64,000 nucleotides of DNA from Octopus sinensis (taxonomy: Eukaryota). Both the position numbers and the translations under genes were made by a program. Of this stretch, positions 36,030 to 49,540 are shown in pieces. The stretch's first letter is position 1. Every line of letters begins with the position of its first letter. Under the pieces are notes generated by a model. It was given only the letters and a program-made list of their open reading frames with translations, was not told where the DNA came from and ran no database searches. Location of the stretch: contig NC_042997.1 of NCBI RefSeq assembly GCF_006345805.1, positions 41,416,001 to 41,480,000 of the forward strand, read 5' to 3'.

Positions 36030-36800
36030 AGAACGGTTGAAGTCTACTCTCACTCATCGATGAACCTTTGACCTGCTACAATTTTAAATACCATTATCAA
36101 GGCCATATACAAGCTGACGTCGTTCTGGGCTACCATTTCGAACTTTGAGTGGTTCTATTCTCACTGATAAGATAGGCTGTTGTAATGACTATTTCAAGAG
36201 GACAGTGTCTCTCTGATGCCATTTATACTTTCAGTGTGGCCTCGTCCTCTTCGTTGAGAATATCTGAAGGCTATGCGGTTAATCGACAGGAAGACAGAAA
36301 CCCCTTTCTAATGCAATTTCATTTTGTGTATGATCTGAAAATATTTGCCAAAAATGAGGAAGATATGAAGGAAACCCTAAGCCGAGTTGAGACTTTCCAA
36401 AAAGATACAGGGATGAACTTTGACCAGAATAACTGTTCTTAAATTGTAAAATGAGGGAGAACTACAACTCCATCGAGTCATTTTATTACGAACGGCTTGA
36501 ATGCTTCTCCGACATCTGATGAGAGATATCAATGATACTTAATGCCGCATGAAACTAAGTTATTAGGGAATAAAACAACAGGATAAAGGAAATATGGCCC
36601 TCACGACTTTCTATACATAATAGATCAATAGTGTACAGTGTGTTTATTGTACCAGTGACCATAACAAATATTTGGGTTGTTAGATCGAGTGTTGGATGAA
36701 ATCCGAGTTGTAGATGTTATAACACGAAACTTATTAATCTATTAGCGGGACCTGTGAATACTTCATGGCATTAAATGGTAAACCTATTGGGTTATTCCTG
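36030..36800 (+). mobile_element. Highly decayed R4/Dong RT fragment
   Basis: YDLKIFAKNEEDMKETLSRVETFQKDTGMNF resembles the xDDLKLFAK..FS.D.GM.F motif. Confidence 0.6.
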
Positions 36801-36846
36801 AGAATTTCATCCAAAAAACCTGAAAGTGTAATCTGTGTTGTGTCTC

Positions 36847-36982
36847 TATGGCGGCTTTTGTTTTAAACCTTAAGCTTTCTCTCAGGTTATATTATTTTAT
36901 TTGGCTTTTCTCTGAGTAAGGGAGAATATAATGATTCAACGTCACTTATACTCAAGTGTTATCATTATACCTAAAACCCTAA
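36847..36982. repeat. Inverted copy of 3788-3924
   Basis: Direct reverse-complement match. Confidence 0.9.
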
Positions 36983-37899
36983 CTACAGTTATAACGTCAT
37001 AGAGACATACACGCATGAAACGCTATGAATATTAACGACATGTATGTTAAATATTTTCTTTGTGTTCTTTAAACCGCTATAAGAAAACATAAATTAAGGA
37101 TTACAGAAATGCATACTTATTTATGCTCAGTTGAAAAACAAACGTGAAGAGAAACATTTTCTTTTAATTAGTTTTATTATATGAATATAACATTTTATAT
37201 TATTTACAGTAGGAAAGATAACTTTCTCGTGAAGAAGAACGACTATAATTTCATTAACTAATTTCTCAATTCTAGCTAATACATTAACCAACAAATCAAA
37301 ATAGACTTGTGATTAACTTAGACATGGCATGAAAATTACCGATGTCTCAAAAGAGTGAGTGTCGTGGAGTTCAGTGACATCCAACAAACACTGAAATTTT
37401 TCCCAAAATCCAGGGTTTTTATAACTGCTCAACTTGACTAAAAAGAATCGAAATCCATGACAAATATTCTTTACGAAACTTTTAGAATCTTTATATGAGT
37501 AGCTATATTAACCAATGGAAAAAAACGAAAATAATAATTGTTCGGCAAAGACATTACGTCATATTGCCAATTTGCGCCACATTTCAAAATGGCTAAAATG
37601 GTTATTGCTATATCTCTATTGAAAGATTGTCGCTCATCTGCTATTCATTGAAAATGAATACGATGATTACTTAATGCGCTTTATATACTTTGTGCACAAT
37701 TTTATAGACTTAATACACAGCACTCATAAAATAAATATTCACTCTTATTTTTCCATTTTCCCCATTAACAGAAAAATTACATTTTAATATTCTCATTGTC
37801 ACAATTTCATATCTAGAAAACAAAAAATAATTATAGTAAAAACATTTATTTTATATGGAAAATATAGGGGTCACAACTTCACGGGGGTGAAAATTTAAT

Positions 37900-38210
37900 G
37901 TAACACTAGACTACCCGTGACCCGTAGGTCACCTGGAATCTGAGTTTCCCAGCAACGGATGTTTGTTTCATGTTTTTTTTCTCTCTCTCTCTTTTCTAGG
38001 TTGTTTTGTATGCTTTCAACGAAAGTGACATCGAAATTAAGCGTAAACGGCTCGTTTCCCCGGAAAAGGAAAGATTTCGTTGCTATTTCTTGCACACCCT
38101 GATACCTCATAACAGGTATTTTGAGTCTTTTATCGCAAATAGCTGCTACATGGTATCAGGGCGTGCTAGAAATAGCAGCCAAATCTTTGGAGCTGGGATA
38201 TGTTGACTGC
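37900..38210. repeat. Unclassified repeat with internal hairpin; related copy at 50020-50270
   Basis: AGATTTCGTTGCTATTTCTTGCACACCCTGATACC pairs with GGTATCAGGGCGTGCTAGAAATAGCAGCCAAATCT; 37980-38070 is the reverse complement of 50110-50190. Confidence 0.65.
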
Positions 38211-38294
38211 ATTCGAAAAAAATTTGTAATGGTATTCCCTTGGGGCAATCTTTCGCTTTGACTCTCAGAACTGTCATCCAGATCAGCTGATTTT

Positions 38295-38750
38295 GTTCGT
38301 TAATTTCCGTAAAATTGTTTTATTTATTTACAATTGTTTTAAAGTGAAATAGAGGAGAACATGAAAGATGTATGAACGCGTATATGAAATGGACGTGTGT
38401 GTGTGTGTGTGTATGAGAGAGAGAGTGCCACTTACGCATACATGAGAACACACACGTTCACTCACTCACTCTCGCTCATTCTCTTTCTCTCTCTCCCACA
38501 CACCCACAAACACACATGCACACGTACATACAAAAAAGATGTACGCATATGTATTGATGTATGTACGTATACATGACAAAACACCCCTTCGCTTTCTCTC
38601 TTCCCCCCCCCCCACCCTCTCTCCCTCTTCCACACACACACGTCCATTTCCTATACACGTACACACATCTTTCACTTTCTTCTCTCATTCACTCTAAAAC
38701 AAATGTAAATAAATAAAAAACAAATTATGGAAATTAACGACCTGAAAATA
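38295..38750. repeat. Imperfect foldback (~460 bp) with microsatellite-rich centre
   Basis: CGTTAATTTCC..TGAAAGATGT..GAAATGGACGTGTGTG (38295-38410) mirrors 38635-38750. Confidence 0.7.
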
Positions 38751-38952
38751 ATTAAAAATCCATTAAAATAGTGTTTGAAGAATGCTAAAATATAAATTCT
38801 TGCTTAACAAACAACTTATATTTTTGAAATGCCATTCAGTTAAAAATATTTCCAAATCATTAAAATATTGTGTACGTCAAAAGTCAATGTTTTTTTTTTT
38901 CTTTTTGCTCAGAGTGCGCGAAGACTATGTGTATGTATATGTCACAGACAGT

Positions 38953-39335
38953 GGAGGCGCAATGGCTCAGTGGTTAAGGTAGTGGACTCACGGTCGTAGG
39001 ATCGAAGTTTCAATTCCCAGACCGGGCGTTGTGAGTGTTTATTGAGCAAAAACACCCACAGCTCCACGAGGCTCTGGTAGGGGATAGTGGCGAACCTTGT
39101 CGTACTCTTTCACCACAGCTTTCTCTCACTCTCTCTTCCTGTTTCTGTTGTACCTGTATTTCTAAGGGCCACCCTTGTCACACTCTGTATCACGCTGAAT
39201 CTCCCCCCCGAGAACTACGTTAAGGCGCACACATGTCTGTGGAGTGCTTAGCCATTTGCATGTTCATTTCCCGACGAGGCTGTTCCGATGATTGGATTAA
39301 CTGGAACTCTCGTCATAGTAACCGACGGATTGCTG
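38953..39335 (+). mobile_element. tRNA-derived SINE family C
   Basis: A-box TGGCTCAGTGG and B-box GTTTCAATTCC followed by a long non-tRNA body; decayed reverse copies at 62400-62580 and 62940-63215. Confidence 0.8.
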
Positions 39336-39742
39336 CAATATGTCACAGATGGAGGCCGTGTGTTTGTGTTGATTGACACCCCATCACTTTCGTTATATGT
39401 GTATGTATTCTGTATGTGTGTATGTGTGTTGATGTCACGGAAGCTATGCTTTTTCTTTTTTTTCAAGAAATAGACAAAAATTGTGTTTACTCCTTTTCAT
39501 TAATAATGTCACAAAAAATGTCACAAATATTGTACTGTCGATGCTAAGTATGAAAATAAATATGCAAGAAAAAGAAAAGATTAAGATAAAATATACTATT
39601 TCTGAGATATTTCGAGTACCAACAAACATCCATAGAGTTTTAGTATTATTATGATGGCATACGCTGCAAACCACATCGTTGGTAACTTATGAGCCAATGC
39701 GATGGGTCAGAGCCAATACACATTTCAATTTGCATAAATCTT

Positions 39743-40035
39743 TTAATCCACTACTTCTTTGCAGATTATGTTCTTTGTGTAAGTTATCGCTCTTTTCTTC
39801 CCTTCTTTGTCAGTGTTGACAGCTTTAACTCACGCATTGGATAATTTGCAAACCCTTGAGAATGCAACATATTGCTGACCATGGCCGAATACAGGTTCAG
39901 GCAAGAACAGCCCCCACTCGATCAAATGTCTGCCCTTGTGATTTGTGGATAGCCACTGCATAAGACAGGCAAAGGGGAAACTGGTTTCTTTCGGAAGTGA
40001 ATGGCAAGTTTGGGATGTGCATGTGTTAAGTAATA
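39743..40035 (-). mobile_element. Helitron PIF1-like helicase C-terminal fragment
   Basis: NLPFTSERNQFPLCLSYAVAIHKSQGQTFDRVG / LFLPEPVFGHGQQYVAFSRV..TKNIICKEV* (helicase motifs V-VI) with a frameshift. Confidence 0.85.
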
Positions 40036-41160
40036 GGTGATATTAAAAAAATTTAGTTCAATTCCCCAAAAAATTATTTTTCTCCATCCACTCACCGTCG
40101 CCACCTCCACCACCAGCTCTAGCACCAACAACAGTAGCCGTCCAAGAATTTGGGCCTGGAGATTTCTATTTCCAGCGACCTCGAGGGCCACCTCCCAATA
40201 GTGTCGAGCGTCAACGAAGAGCCCTCGACTACAACAAGACGACCAAAGATTTTTTTTATCTAAGGTCTGGGATCTCCCGCCTTTAAGCCCTAGACCATCA
40301 CCTTAATCACCCTTAACCGTCTTGTTGCTTAACAACAACAACAACAACAACCAGAAACAGTAGCAGCACCACTTTCTCTCTCTCTCTCTCCCGCTGAGCC
40401 TTTCTTTAACTGTGTTCTAAGCTAAATATGTGACTGAAAACGTTGACAACCGATGTTTTTATTCATAAAAGATTCATTTGTCCAGTTGCTTAAATCCGTC
40501 AAGGTGAATTACTCTTATGACAATGTGTATCAGTTATTTCCCCTGAATTGCAATACCTGCGATGATGAACTGTCAATGAGGCAGAGGTTACGGAAAACTG
40601 AAATAAGATGGTCAAAGAGGATTAATGATTTCTAATTTAGGAATAAGGCCAGCAATTATGCGTGTATTTATCCAATACAATTGAATAAATAGACATACTT
40701 GAATGTTTACTGGCTGATGTCTGTCAATTGTATATCCTCTCCGTTTTCTTATTTGCTGTATAAATCATGGGTAAATCACTTTTTTACCTCCGCCCATATA
40801 TAATACTCAATTGCAAGTGCAATAACTAGCACTTGGCTATGAATAATTGGGTACTCTACAAGCAGTATATTGGATAGGTACTATCCCTTAGTTGGTTTGT
40901 CAACTTCTAATAGCTCACGAAGACATTATTATAGTATGTAAGATCTGTTGAAGATTATTGTTAATACAATAATATTGTTGTTACTGATAAGCATAGACGT
41001 GTTTATATGTTCTAATGTATTTATATACGTATATGACGTATGGTATATCCACTGGAATATATTGTTTAATTGTGTTCATTAATGTATTTTGCGCATGTGA
41101 ATACTATATATGCTTTGCTTATGTATGTATATATGTATATTTGTATATATATATATATAT

Positions 41161-41970
41161 ATCATCATCATCGTTTAACGTCCGTTTTCCGTGCTAGCGC
41201 GGGTTGGACGGTTCGACCGGGATCTGGGAAGCCAGGGGCTGCACCAGGCTCATCTGATCTGGCAGAGTTTCTACAGCTGGATGCCCTTCCTAACGCCAAC
41301 CACTCCGCGAGTGTAGTGGGTGCTTTTTACGTGCCACCTGCACAGGTGCCAGGGGGGTCCGGCATCGGCCACGATCGGTTGGAGCTTTTAACGTGCCACC
41401 AGCACGGAAGCCAGCTAAGGCGGCGCTGGCAACGGCCACGTTAGGATGGTGCTTTTTATGTGCCACCGGCACAGGAGCCAGTCGGGGCGGCGCTGGCATC
41501 GGCCACGTTCGGATGGTGCTTTTTATGTGCCACTGGCACAGGAGCCAGTCGGGGCGGCGCTGGCATCGGCCACGTTCGGATGGTGCTTTTTATGTGCCAC
41601 CGGCACAGAAGCCAGTCAGGGCGGCGCTGGAATCGGCCACGTTTGGATGGTGCTTTTTATGTGCCACCGGCACTGAAGCCAGTCGGGGCAGCGCTGGCAT
41701 CGACCACGTTCAGATGGTGCTTTTTATGTGCCACCGGCACAGGAGCCAGTAGGGGCGGCGCTGGCTGGCGTCAGCCACGTTCAGATGGTGCTTTTTATGT
41801 GCCACTGGCACAGAAGCCAGTCGGGGCGGCGCTGGCATCAGCCACATTCGGATGGTGCTTTTTATGTGCCAGCGGCACAGGTATCACAACTACTATTTCC
41901 ATTGATATTTATATTTATTTCGATGTTCATGTTCATGTACTTGACTCAACAGGTCTCCTCAAGCACAGCG
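41161..41970 (-). mobile_element. RTE 3' end with expanded 67-bp array (about 9 units, 41330-41880)
   Basis: Very similar to 1-420; (GAT)n tail at 41161; unit spacing 41461, 41528, 41595. Confidence 0.9.
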
Positions 41971-41990
41971 AGACGTTCCGGGTTCCAGGG

Positions 41991-42036
<46 letters not shown>

Positions 42037-43569
42037 AGTAACAACAATTAAGATTCAAGTGAATTCCAATGAGTTCAAATGAATGCGGTACTTAACTTAG
42101 ATGCACCAGAAATCTATATGGTATTAACCATAAAATAATGTGGGGTGATTATAAACAAGAAAAAAGCAACAAGACTGGATTAGTTGTTCAGTACAATTGT
42201 TTCATACGAAGAACAGCTTTATTAAAAGCTGCAAATATTGCAGCAAATACAAGTGTCCTGTATTCATCAGCCAAAACACATATGAGTTTTCCAAACATCC
42301 TAGGGGTGAGGCTACACTCATGAAGTATCGAAGAGAGTTCAATAAAAAGCAAAGTTAGATTGTAAGCAGACTTCACAAGTTCTCTAAAGATGCACAGTTT
42401 TATAAAAGGTTTTTAGTTTCACAGAAAAGGTAAATCCATCCATAATAATGCAGGTGTAATTTCCGGAGATATTAGGAGATATTTCATACTCAGAGACGAT
42501 GAATTTATCCATAATAATGTAGATGTAATTTCCTGATATATGAGAAGATGCTGATCACACTTCTGTTCATTTCACATACATATATGTAAGGATGTATGTA
42601 TATGTATATATATATGTATGTATGTATATGTATATATGTATATTTTGATATTTGTTTATTGTTTATTTTAATATATTAAGTAATATGTGTATCATGTTTA
42701 GTATATTAATATTAATATTAATATTTTTAAAGTTCATTATAACCTCTGACGAGGCCTATGGTTTTTTAATATATAAGTATTATATTTTTTAAATGCCTAC
42801 AACTTTAGTATGTTGAAATCTATAGGCAATGAAAATTAGATTCACTTTTGACCATAGGTAAAAAGAGCTGTAAGAAGCAGTTTATGGATTTCATTAATTT
42901 ATACTATGACTTTTAAAATCTTTATTTGTATTACTATCTTATCTATTGATTTATATAATATTTTTGTATGCTTTTGATGTTCTCATTTGTAAAATGAATA
43001 AATAATCCAACATTATAATATCCGTAAGTTGATGAACAAACCAAATTTGTTTCTCCATTTTCTTATTTGTATTATAAATTTACGGTAAAAATATTTCTCT
43101 ACCTTCACCCGTTTAATACAATAAATGAGTTAATTGCTTTGCAATTAAAAACATTTATGTATTAAGAATTTGGGTACTTTACCAACAGTATATTGGATAA
43201 ATGATATCCCATAGTGGGTTACACCCATAACCCCTATCTTACTTTGTACTATATGTGTGTGTGTGTGTGTGTGTGTCTCCGTCCATCCCCCGCTATTGCT
43301 TGGTGCGTCTTTATCCCCGCAACCTAGCGTTCAGCAAAAAGAAAAAAAAACGAGAGAATAAGTACTAGGCTTACAAAGAATAAGTTCTGGTGTCAATTTC
43401 TTCAACTTTAAAAACCCTTCAAGGCGGTCCTCCTGCATGGCCGCAGTCAAATTACTGAAACAAGTAAAAGAATACATACTGACACATATCGCATATATCT
43501 ACTAAATGAACTTTGAACTGAAAAAAGATATCGTTATGTGTCTCATTGTGTGCTGTTGTGAGCACTCAC

Positions 43570-43671
43570 CTACTTTCTTATTCATATCAATTCTCATATA
43601 ATCGTCAACTACGTCATTTGTAGAAAATTTCTTAAAATATCCATTTTTCTGAAAGTTATGAGGAAACAAAC
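43570..43671 (-). other. Candidate 102-nt phase 1-1 exon of an unidentified gene
   Basis: ctatcaacAG acceptor, G/gtgagt donor, open frame LFPHNFQKNGYFKKFSTNDVVDDYMRIDMNKKV; no recognised homology. Confidence 0.3.
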
Positions 43672-44499
43672 CTGTTGATAGGGTGCACATTTAAGTAGGT
43701 AAGACTCTGTGTATACCCACAGAAGGTTTGTGGGTGGGGGGAAACATGCCAATCAGTGGCCACCACTGGGGAAAACCAGGTAAGTTTTACTGAGGTCATT
43801 GACAAAAATGAAAGTGAAATCTTCCCTAACCTACTTTCATTGTGTATTTCCTATTAAAACAATTTATTTCTCTCTTTATCAGCCACTTCCTTTTTTATAT
43901 TTCGTCTGTTGCAAATAATAATAAACTGTTATCACAAAGTTCTCATGAAAGCAAATCATGAAAAAGAGGACAAAGGGAAGTGATTTTCTCGGAAAAACAT
44001 TGATATCATACAAAATTGTAAAACCAATCAACGACTTAAAAACCATCAGATAAATATTCAAGTTTCAATTTTGCTCTGAGTTGTTACGAGGTAAGTTTGC
44101 GCTTTACAACTTCCTAATTTGATTTCTGTAAACCCATTTTTCGATTGCTTTACATATTCTTCACAAAGTCACTTTCAATACTTTTCACTACATCATAACC
44201 ACACAACTTTGCCCCATGACTTTGTTTTCTCATAACTTTCAGAAAAATTGATGTTTTTTATTTTTTTTATTTTCGTGAAATGTTCTGCAAATACCTTTCA
44301 GATGCAGGGTCGGATTTAAACCATAGGGGGCACGAGGCACTTCAAGATCGATGAGCCCCTTATACACAAGAATTAAAATCTTAGAAAATTGCCAAATTTA
44401 AATCTCAAAACCCATCTCCTTCAAATAATTGAATTTGATGATTTAGGAGAGAAAGTTTAAACAAATGACCGAAAATGTCGCTTTATAGATACACTTTTT

Positions 44500-44970
44500 C
44501 ATGCTGGTCGCTTTGCGCATCATATAGAGTTGAACTTGATACTCAAGAGGAGCTTGGCCCGGGAAAACATCCCATACATCTTAGAACCATCTGGATTGTC
44601 CAGATGTGACAAGAGGAGATCTGACAGCCTCACTCTATGCCCCTGGTCCCTTGTCTGGGATGTCACAGTTAGCGACTCCTTTGCTTCTTCTCACATCTTG
44701 GATGCTGCGGTCAGGGCGAGATCCACAGCTTCTGCGACCGAGCGGAACAAAATCCTGAAATACTGCGATCTGTCGGCCAACTACATTTTCCATCGTGTGG
44801 CGTTCAAGACGTCTAGTGGAGTCAGGCCACTGCGAGATTCCTGTCTTCACTGGCAACTCACCTGGCAGAGGTAACTGGTGAGGCTCATGAGGGCGCTTGG
44901 CTGTTCCAGCGTAGCAGCTTCGCCATCATCTGCGGCAACGCTGCAAGTGTACTGGTGTGTCTCAATAACC
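44500..44970 (+). mobile_element. CRE-clade non-LTR retrotransposon C-terminal (RLE) fragment
   Basis: EPSGLSRCDKRRSDSLTLCPW..LVWDVTVSDSFASSH..ERNKILKY.DL..YIF..AFKT; GNAASVL near 44935. Confidence 0.8.
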
Positions 44971-45670
44971 AGTAGAAAGGTTTCCCAGCGCCCTCAACTT
45001 TTCAACCCAAGGTGGTAAATTGTTTTGTTCTTTTGTTTTTTTCTTTTTTCTCTTTCTTTCTTTTTTTCTTTTTTTTTTTTTCAATTGTATTCTCTGTTTT
45101 GTCCAGTTTTCTAGTTTAATTTTGTAAAACAGTAAACACTGAGAAGGCAATAAAAATCATAACTTGCAATTTAAAAAAAAAGAACTTCAAGTTTCGTTTT
45201 TCACACATCCACTTGCGGTAGGGAAGAGTGGGGTAAGGTTTTTTCTTTCTTTTAATGTGAGTTACATATGTTTCAGAATGTAGAAGATAAAATGACAGAA
45301 ATCATTTTTGTTGTTGCTGTTCCAAAGACAGGATGAGTGAGAGAGAGAGAGAGAGATACAGAGAAAGAGAGAGAGAGAGACAGACAGACAAAGAGAAAGA
45401 GAGAGCGGGGTAGAGATACCAACATTTCAAAGACGTGGATTTAAAAAGTTCTATTTTTAAAACGGCTTCCCTTCATTGTTTTGTAATGTGTTAAAAAAAA
45501 AAAGAAAGAAAGTGGGGCACACCTTGATAAAAACAGGAAAATTCAAACAGCTATTTCCAAAAGTCTGCTTTTCCAGTTTCCATTAAGAGTAGGTGGGGTA
45601 CAATGAGTAACATTTACTGCATTTTTGACTTCGAAGTAAATATATTTTTTAAAAATATTCACTACCTTAC

Positions 45671-45887
45671 CAAAACTCTATCAACGGAGTAAAGACCTTC
45701 TCTAAACTCAGTAAAACCTATGATATATTCAGAATAATATTTCAGAAAATTATCACTGTTTTTTTCGGCATATAAAAGACAAATATAGGCGGGGCAAAAT
45801 GGGTAAGACAAGACTAGGTAAATATGCTTTTCCATTTCCCCAGAATTAAATTTGCCAAAAGAGTCATACACATAAACATCCGTCCTT
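45671..45887 (-). other. Candidate coding exon of an unidentified gene
   Basis: Open, non-repetitive frame TDVYVYDSFGKF..YPFCPAYICLLY..REGLYSVDRVL ending at a TTG/gtaagg donor; the acceptor (ctAAG) is weak. Confidence 0.3.
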
Positions 45888-46166
45888 AGACATCAGAAAG
45901 ATCAGAAATGCAACAAAATCTTAAATATCTTTGTCAAATGAAAGAGGATTTTGGAAAAATAGCACATAATATGAAATTAATGAAACTCAACGAAATCTAA
46001 AAACTCAACATAAAATATTCTTTATAGCTTCTTCCTTATAGCTTCTTTGCCAAAAATTATCGACATATTTTATTTGTTACCTCATTTACAATTGGGTCAA
46101 GTTTGAGGAAAAATTCCTTCAAAATAATATCTATTACCTACGTTCCAAACTCTCAGCTACGCAAAC

Positions 46167-48150
46167 CAGGGGTTCTCAAGCTTTTTTTTTTACCTGAGAA
46201 CCCCTTTGATTCCTATTTTACTCCTTGGGACCCTCCCCCATACCCATTCGATGTTTAAAAAAGTCAAATTAGGACTTGTATAAAAGTCGTTAAAATATCT
46301 TGTGTACTATGGACCTATAACCAATTTCTTAACAACTAAATTCTACGGAAAATGAATGTTTCCAAGTAAAATAAATATACATGTATATATTTATTTACAT
46401 AAGGTAGTACTTTAGTGTTAATTTCTTTAATGCAAGTCTGGTGGTTGGTGCTGCTTTGCTAGTTTTAAATTGTTCTGCTCTTATGTTGTCAATGATAATT
46501 GAAGATCACCTTTTTCTACAACGTCGATTCAATTATGAGCTGTTCACAGTAAATTAGCGACATGGCTGAAACCAGATTCAACAAGGTAAGATAAAGGAAA
46601 AGTAGTAAAGTACAACTGCACTCCCCCACCAGAATAATGGATACTTTGTAGCAGTGTCATTTTTTTTACCATACATTACGTTCTCCATCTTTAAATCTTG
46701 CTTGAAATATTTCATCGTTCTGCAATTCAATGAGATTCTCCTGCAAATAGATATCTACATCAGCAACATGAAATGTCACCCAACACGGTATATTTAACTG
46801 CAGCAGGTCATTAAACTGACCTTGCATATCATTATGCAAGTTTTTCAAATGTTCAGTAAACATGGTCGTCCTTGTGCAGATTACTGTTAATTGATTCCAA
46901 ACAGGGAAATTCTAATAATACACAGCATACAATATTTATTTCCTAGAGCTGTACTTTCCCCAGAAAAGCAGCAATCGCTCCTTTGGAGGATATGAGGTCA
47001 AAGTCTTCTTGAAGCTGTTTGTCAGATATATTTTATCAAATTTTTCTGATAAATAAAATATATCGCATTTAGCTGCAACCATTCGTGGAGTGAAAGTGCA
47101 GTTGTACTTTTAGCTGGAATCATTTGTTGGCTGCGATTGTTGTTAGCCAGGAATGAGACAATAATATACCAAAGTACAAAAAAAAATGACGCAGACAGTT
47201 TGATAACCATATCATGTTCGTGTGAATTACAAAGCATTCAATTTCTCCATTTTGATTACAGAATTCATGAAATATGTGATCTTGTAAATGATATTACAAT
47301 ATTAAGGGGATCGTGCAGATGTGCTCTTGATTGTTTCACAAGTAGGTGTTACTGGTGTTATCACACAGTGTATAGAAAATTCAGCATTTATTCAACAGGC
47401 ACTAAAATCTCTGTATCTGCCAATCATGGGCGGAGCACAGTCATTAGCACAAACTCTCACATTTCCCAGGGGAATATTATGTTCCTCGAAATAAGTTAGT
47501 GCCTTTGAAAATTTGTTTTGCCTTTAGTATCTGTTTTAAGATGTTTGGTAAAATGAATTTCCTCTCTGAATTCATTACACCCCACCACCACCACCACCAC
47601 CACCACCACCACCACCACCACCACCACCACCACCACCACCACCACCACCAAAAAAAACCGATTATATGCCAATACTATAGCTTTACTGTCTCTCAGGGTA
47701 GATTCATCAGGTTGAAGAAGAAATTTCTTTACTTGCAGTTTGGCTACAGGTTGCTTCTCTCCATCTTAGCCATTTCATCGACGCACCGTGACACTGATGA
47801 GTTGCTTAAATGAATCTTACAAGTAATCTCAGTAGCATTTTGTTTCATAAATGATGACACTATGACAGATACCGCTGGCAAAATTAGTTTCACCAATATT
47901 ATGGGGTTTCCCAATCTTTGCTATCATTTTAGAAATTTCATAGGATTCCAGTCAACCATTATGATTTTGACAAAGTTGATTACTAAATAACTTATTCTCC
48001 ATTTTCCTTGCTTGGAATTCTTTGCGCAGTTTTCTAAAATATTCAACTGGATTGTTTTAGTTGTCTTTGAACTTGGTCTCTGAAGGAATTCTGAGCTGGC
48101 TTGGCTGAGACATTGTTTTCCCTTCATTCTGTGCTGATACAGCCACAAGA
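46167..48150 (-). mobile_element. hAT Charlie/Buster (SCAND3/ZBED5-like) transposon remnant
   Basis: TIR-like CAGGGGTTCTCAA at 46167; EHLKNLHNDMQGQFNDLLQLNIP..LQENLIELQND; IAKIGKPHNIGET/LILPAV; (CAC)n expansion at ~47583-47650. Confidence 0.85.
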
Positions 48151-49137
48151 CAGATATTCAATGGAATATGGTCGGCATTTCCTCTTAGTCGGAGAAGCAG
48201 AATTTTTATTAAAGCACCCCGTATAACCCCTCGTAACTTTACTATTTTTTTTAATTTTCAGAAAATTTTTCTTCTACACATGGAAATTCAAAAGATTAGG
48301 CAAATAAAATTTTTGTATGGGATTTAGGCAATTTAGCTGTTGTTTTTAGCACATCGCACAGCCTCTTGATTTCTTCTTCATTTCTTTGTTACTATAATGT
48401 ATTGATATTCTTCAAGAATGGTCCACTGCTGGAATTTAAGCAAAACGTTCTGAGTTTCTGTATTTTAAACTCTGATTTTTAAAAAAAAATTGGAAAGAAG
48501 TAGGAAATTTTTAGGATTTATGTGGTTTAAAATAAGAATTATTTTTTTTTCCCTTTTTTTTTTGCAATAAGTATATGAATTCCAGTGCATAGAACACAAA
48601 TTCACAAAACTTTTCCAAAAAATAAAAACCACAAGCACCTGCTACCTTCATTTCTACTTTCTGTTGTATTTTCTTTTAAATCGGAATTTTAAAATATAGA
48701 TAGTCCGAATTTTTGACTCAAATCCACCCTTGGGTGCATCATCATTCCACTAAACGTGTTTATGGGGAGAAAAATATTGCAAAATATTAATACATGCCAG
48801 TGACAAAGAGACAAAGAATGTATCAGCTAAATCAACCTTAAATCACACACAATTTTTTTCATAATCATTTGAATTCTCATGTGTAGAAGACAAAACATAG
48901 AAAGAAGTTATATGCAATATTATATTTATCAGTAATGGATTAGAAGTTCCTTTTCTTAGAACGTATGATAAAATACCAGTTATAGAAGATATGGAAAAGT
49001 TCTTACCTCTGTCCTAAAAAACTGACTAACTCAGAGATCAGTCTTGCGAAAATACGTTGAAATCAACTTGTTGCTAAGAACTGAGATATTATTTCTTTTG
49101 TCTGTCTGTCTGTCTGTCTGTCTCTCTGTCTCTCTCT

Positions 49138-49540
49138 CAGAGCTGGGCATAAGTCCGTTAATCGTTAATTAACAAAGTTAATATTTTGGTTAACGATTTA
49201 ACTTTTAAGTTAACTTTAAAAATCATTACCGAACTAATTAACTTCCGTTACATTTAGCTTCCACTAACCCCAAAATTTCAATAAAACCAGTAAACGTTTC
49301 TATTGTTTAATGATTGTCTTATCATATTTAATATTGTACGCGTCATTCAGTGAGCAAGTGTTGGTGGACTTGTTTGTCAAGTACAACACATCCGTCCCTT
49401 CCAGTGCTGCAGTTGAACGTTTATTTTCCATAGACAAAGACATCTTGAGTGTCAAGAGATCATCCTTGTCTGATGAAAATTTTAGTTTGCTAATTTTCAA
49501 GAAGGGCAACAAAATAGTGGAGAAGAGGAAAAGTTGAATC
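49138..49540 (+). mobile_element. Internally deleted hAT element (end plus hATC dimerisation domain)
   Basis: CAGAGCTGGGCA start with many TTAAC subterminal motifs; LFVKYNTSVPSSAAVERLFS..RSSLSDENFSLLIF.K.N. Confidence 0.75.

Noticed and set aside
34850-36560. Other CTGATGA hits (34855 minus, 36515 plus) as hammerheads
   Set aside because: No properly placed stem II plus GAAA/NUH.
38953-39030. tRNA gene
   Set aside because: A and B boxes are present but there is no convincing cloverleaf, and the sequence continues into a SINE body with other copies in the window.
40160-40250. HDV-like ribozyme (GAGGGC/GCCCTC stem)
   Set aside because: I could not build P3, P1.1 and P2 on either strand; only a simple hairpin is supported.
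41330-41880. Regular palindromic repeats resembling a CRISPR array
   Set aside because: The spacers are themselves near-identical, there are no cas genes, and the array lies in a LINE 3' UTR in eukaryotic DNA.
42188-42383. Minus-strand exon ELVKSAYNL..
   Set aside because: Plausible acceptor but no strong donor, phase incompatible with nearby candidate exons, and no recognisable homology.
40620-43215. Penelope GIY-YIG remnants at 40620-41010 and 42860-43215
   Set aside because: The two segments resemble each other and hint at C.C..GG..IY.A motifs, but are too decayed to call without an HMM search.
47499-47813. Poly-histidine ORF
   Set aside because: Translation of a (CAC)n microsatellite inside the antisense strand of a dead hAT transposase.
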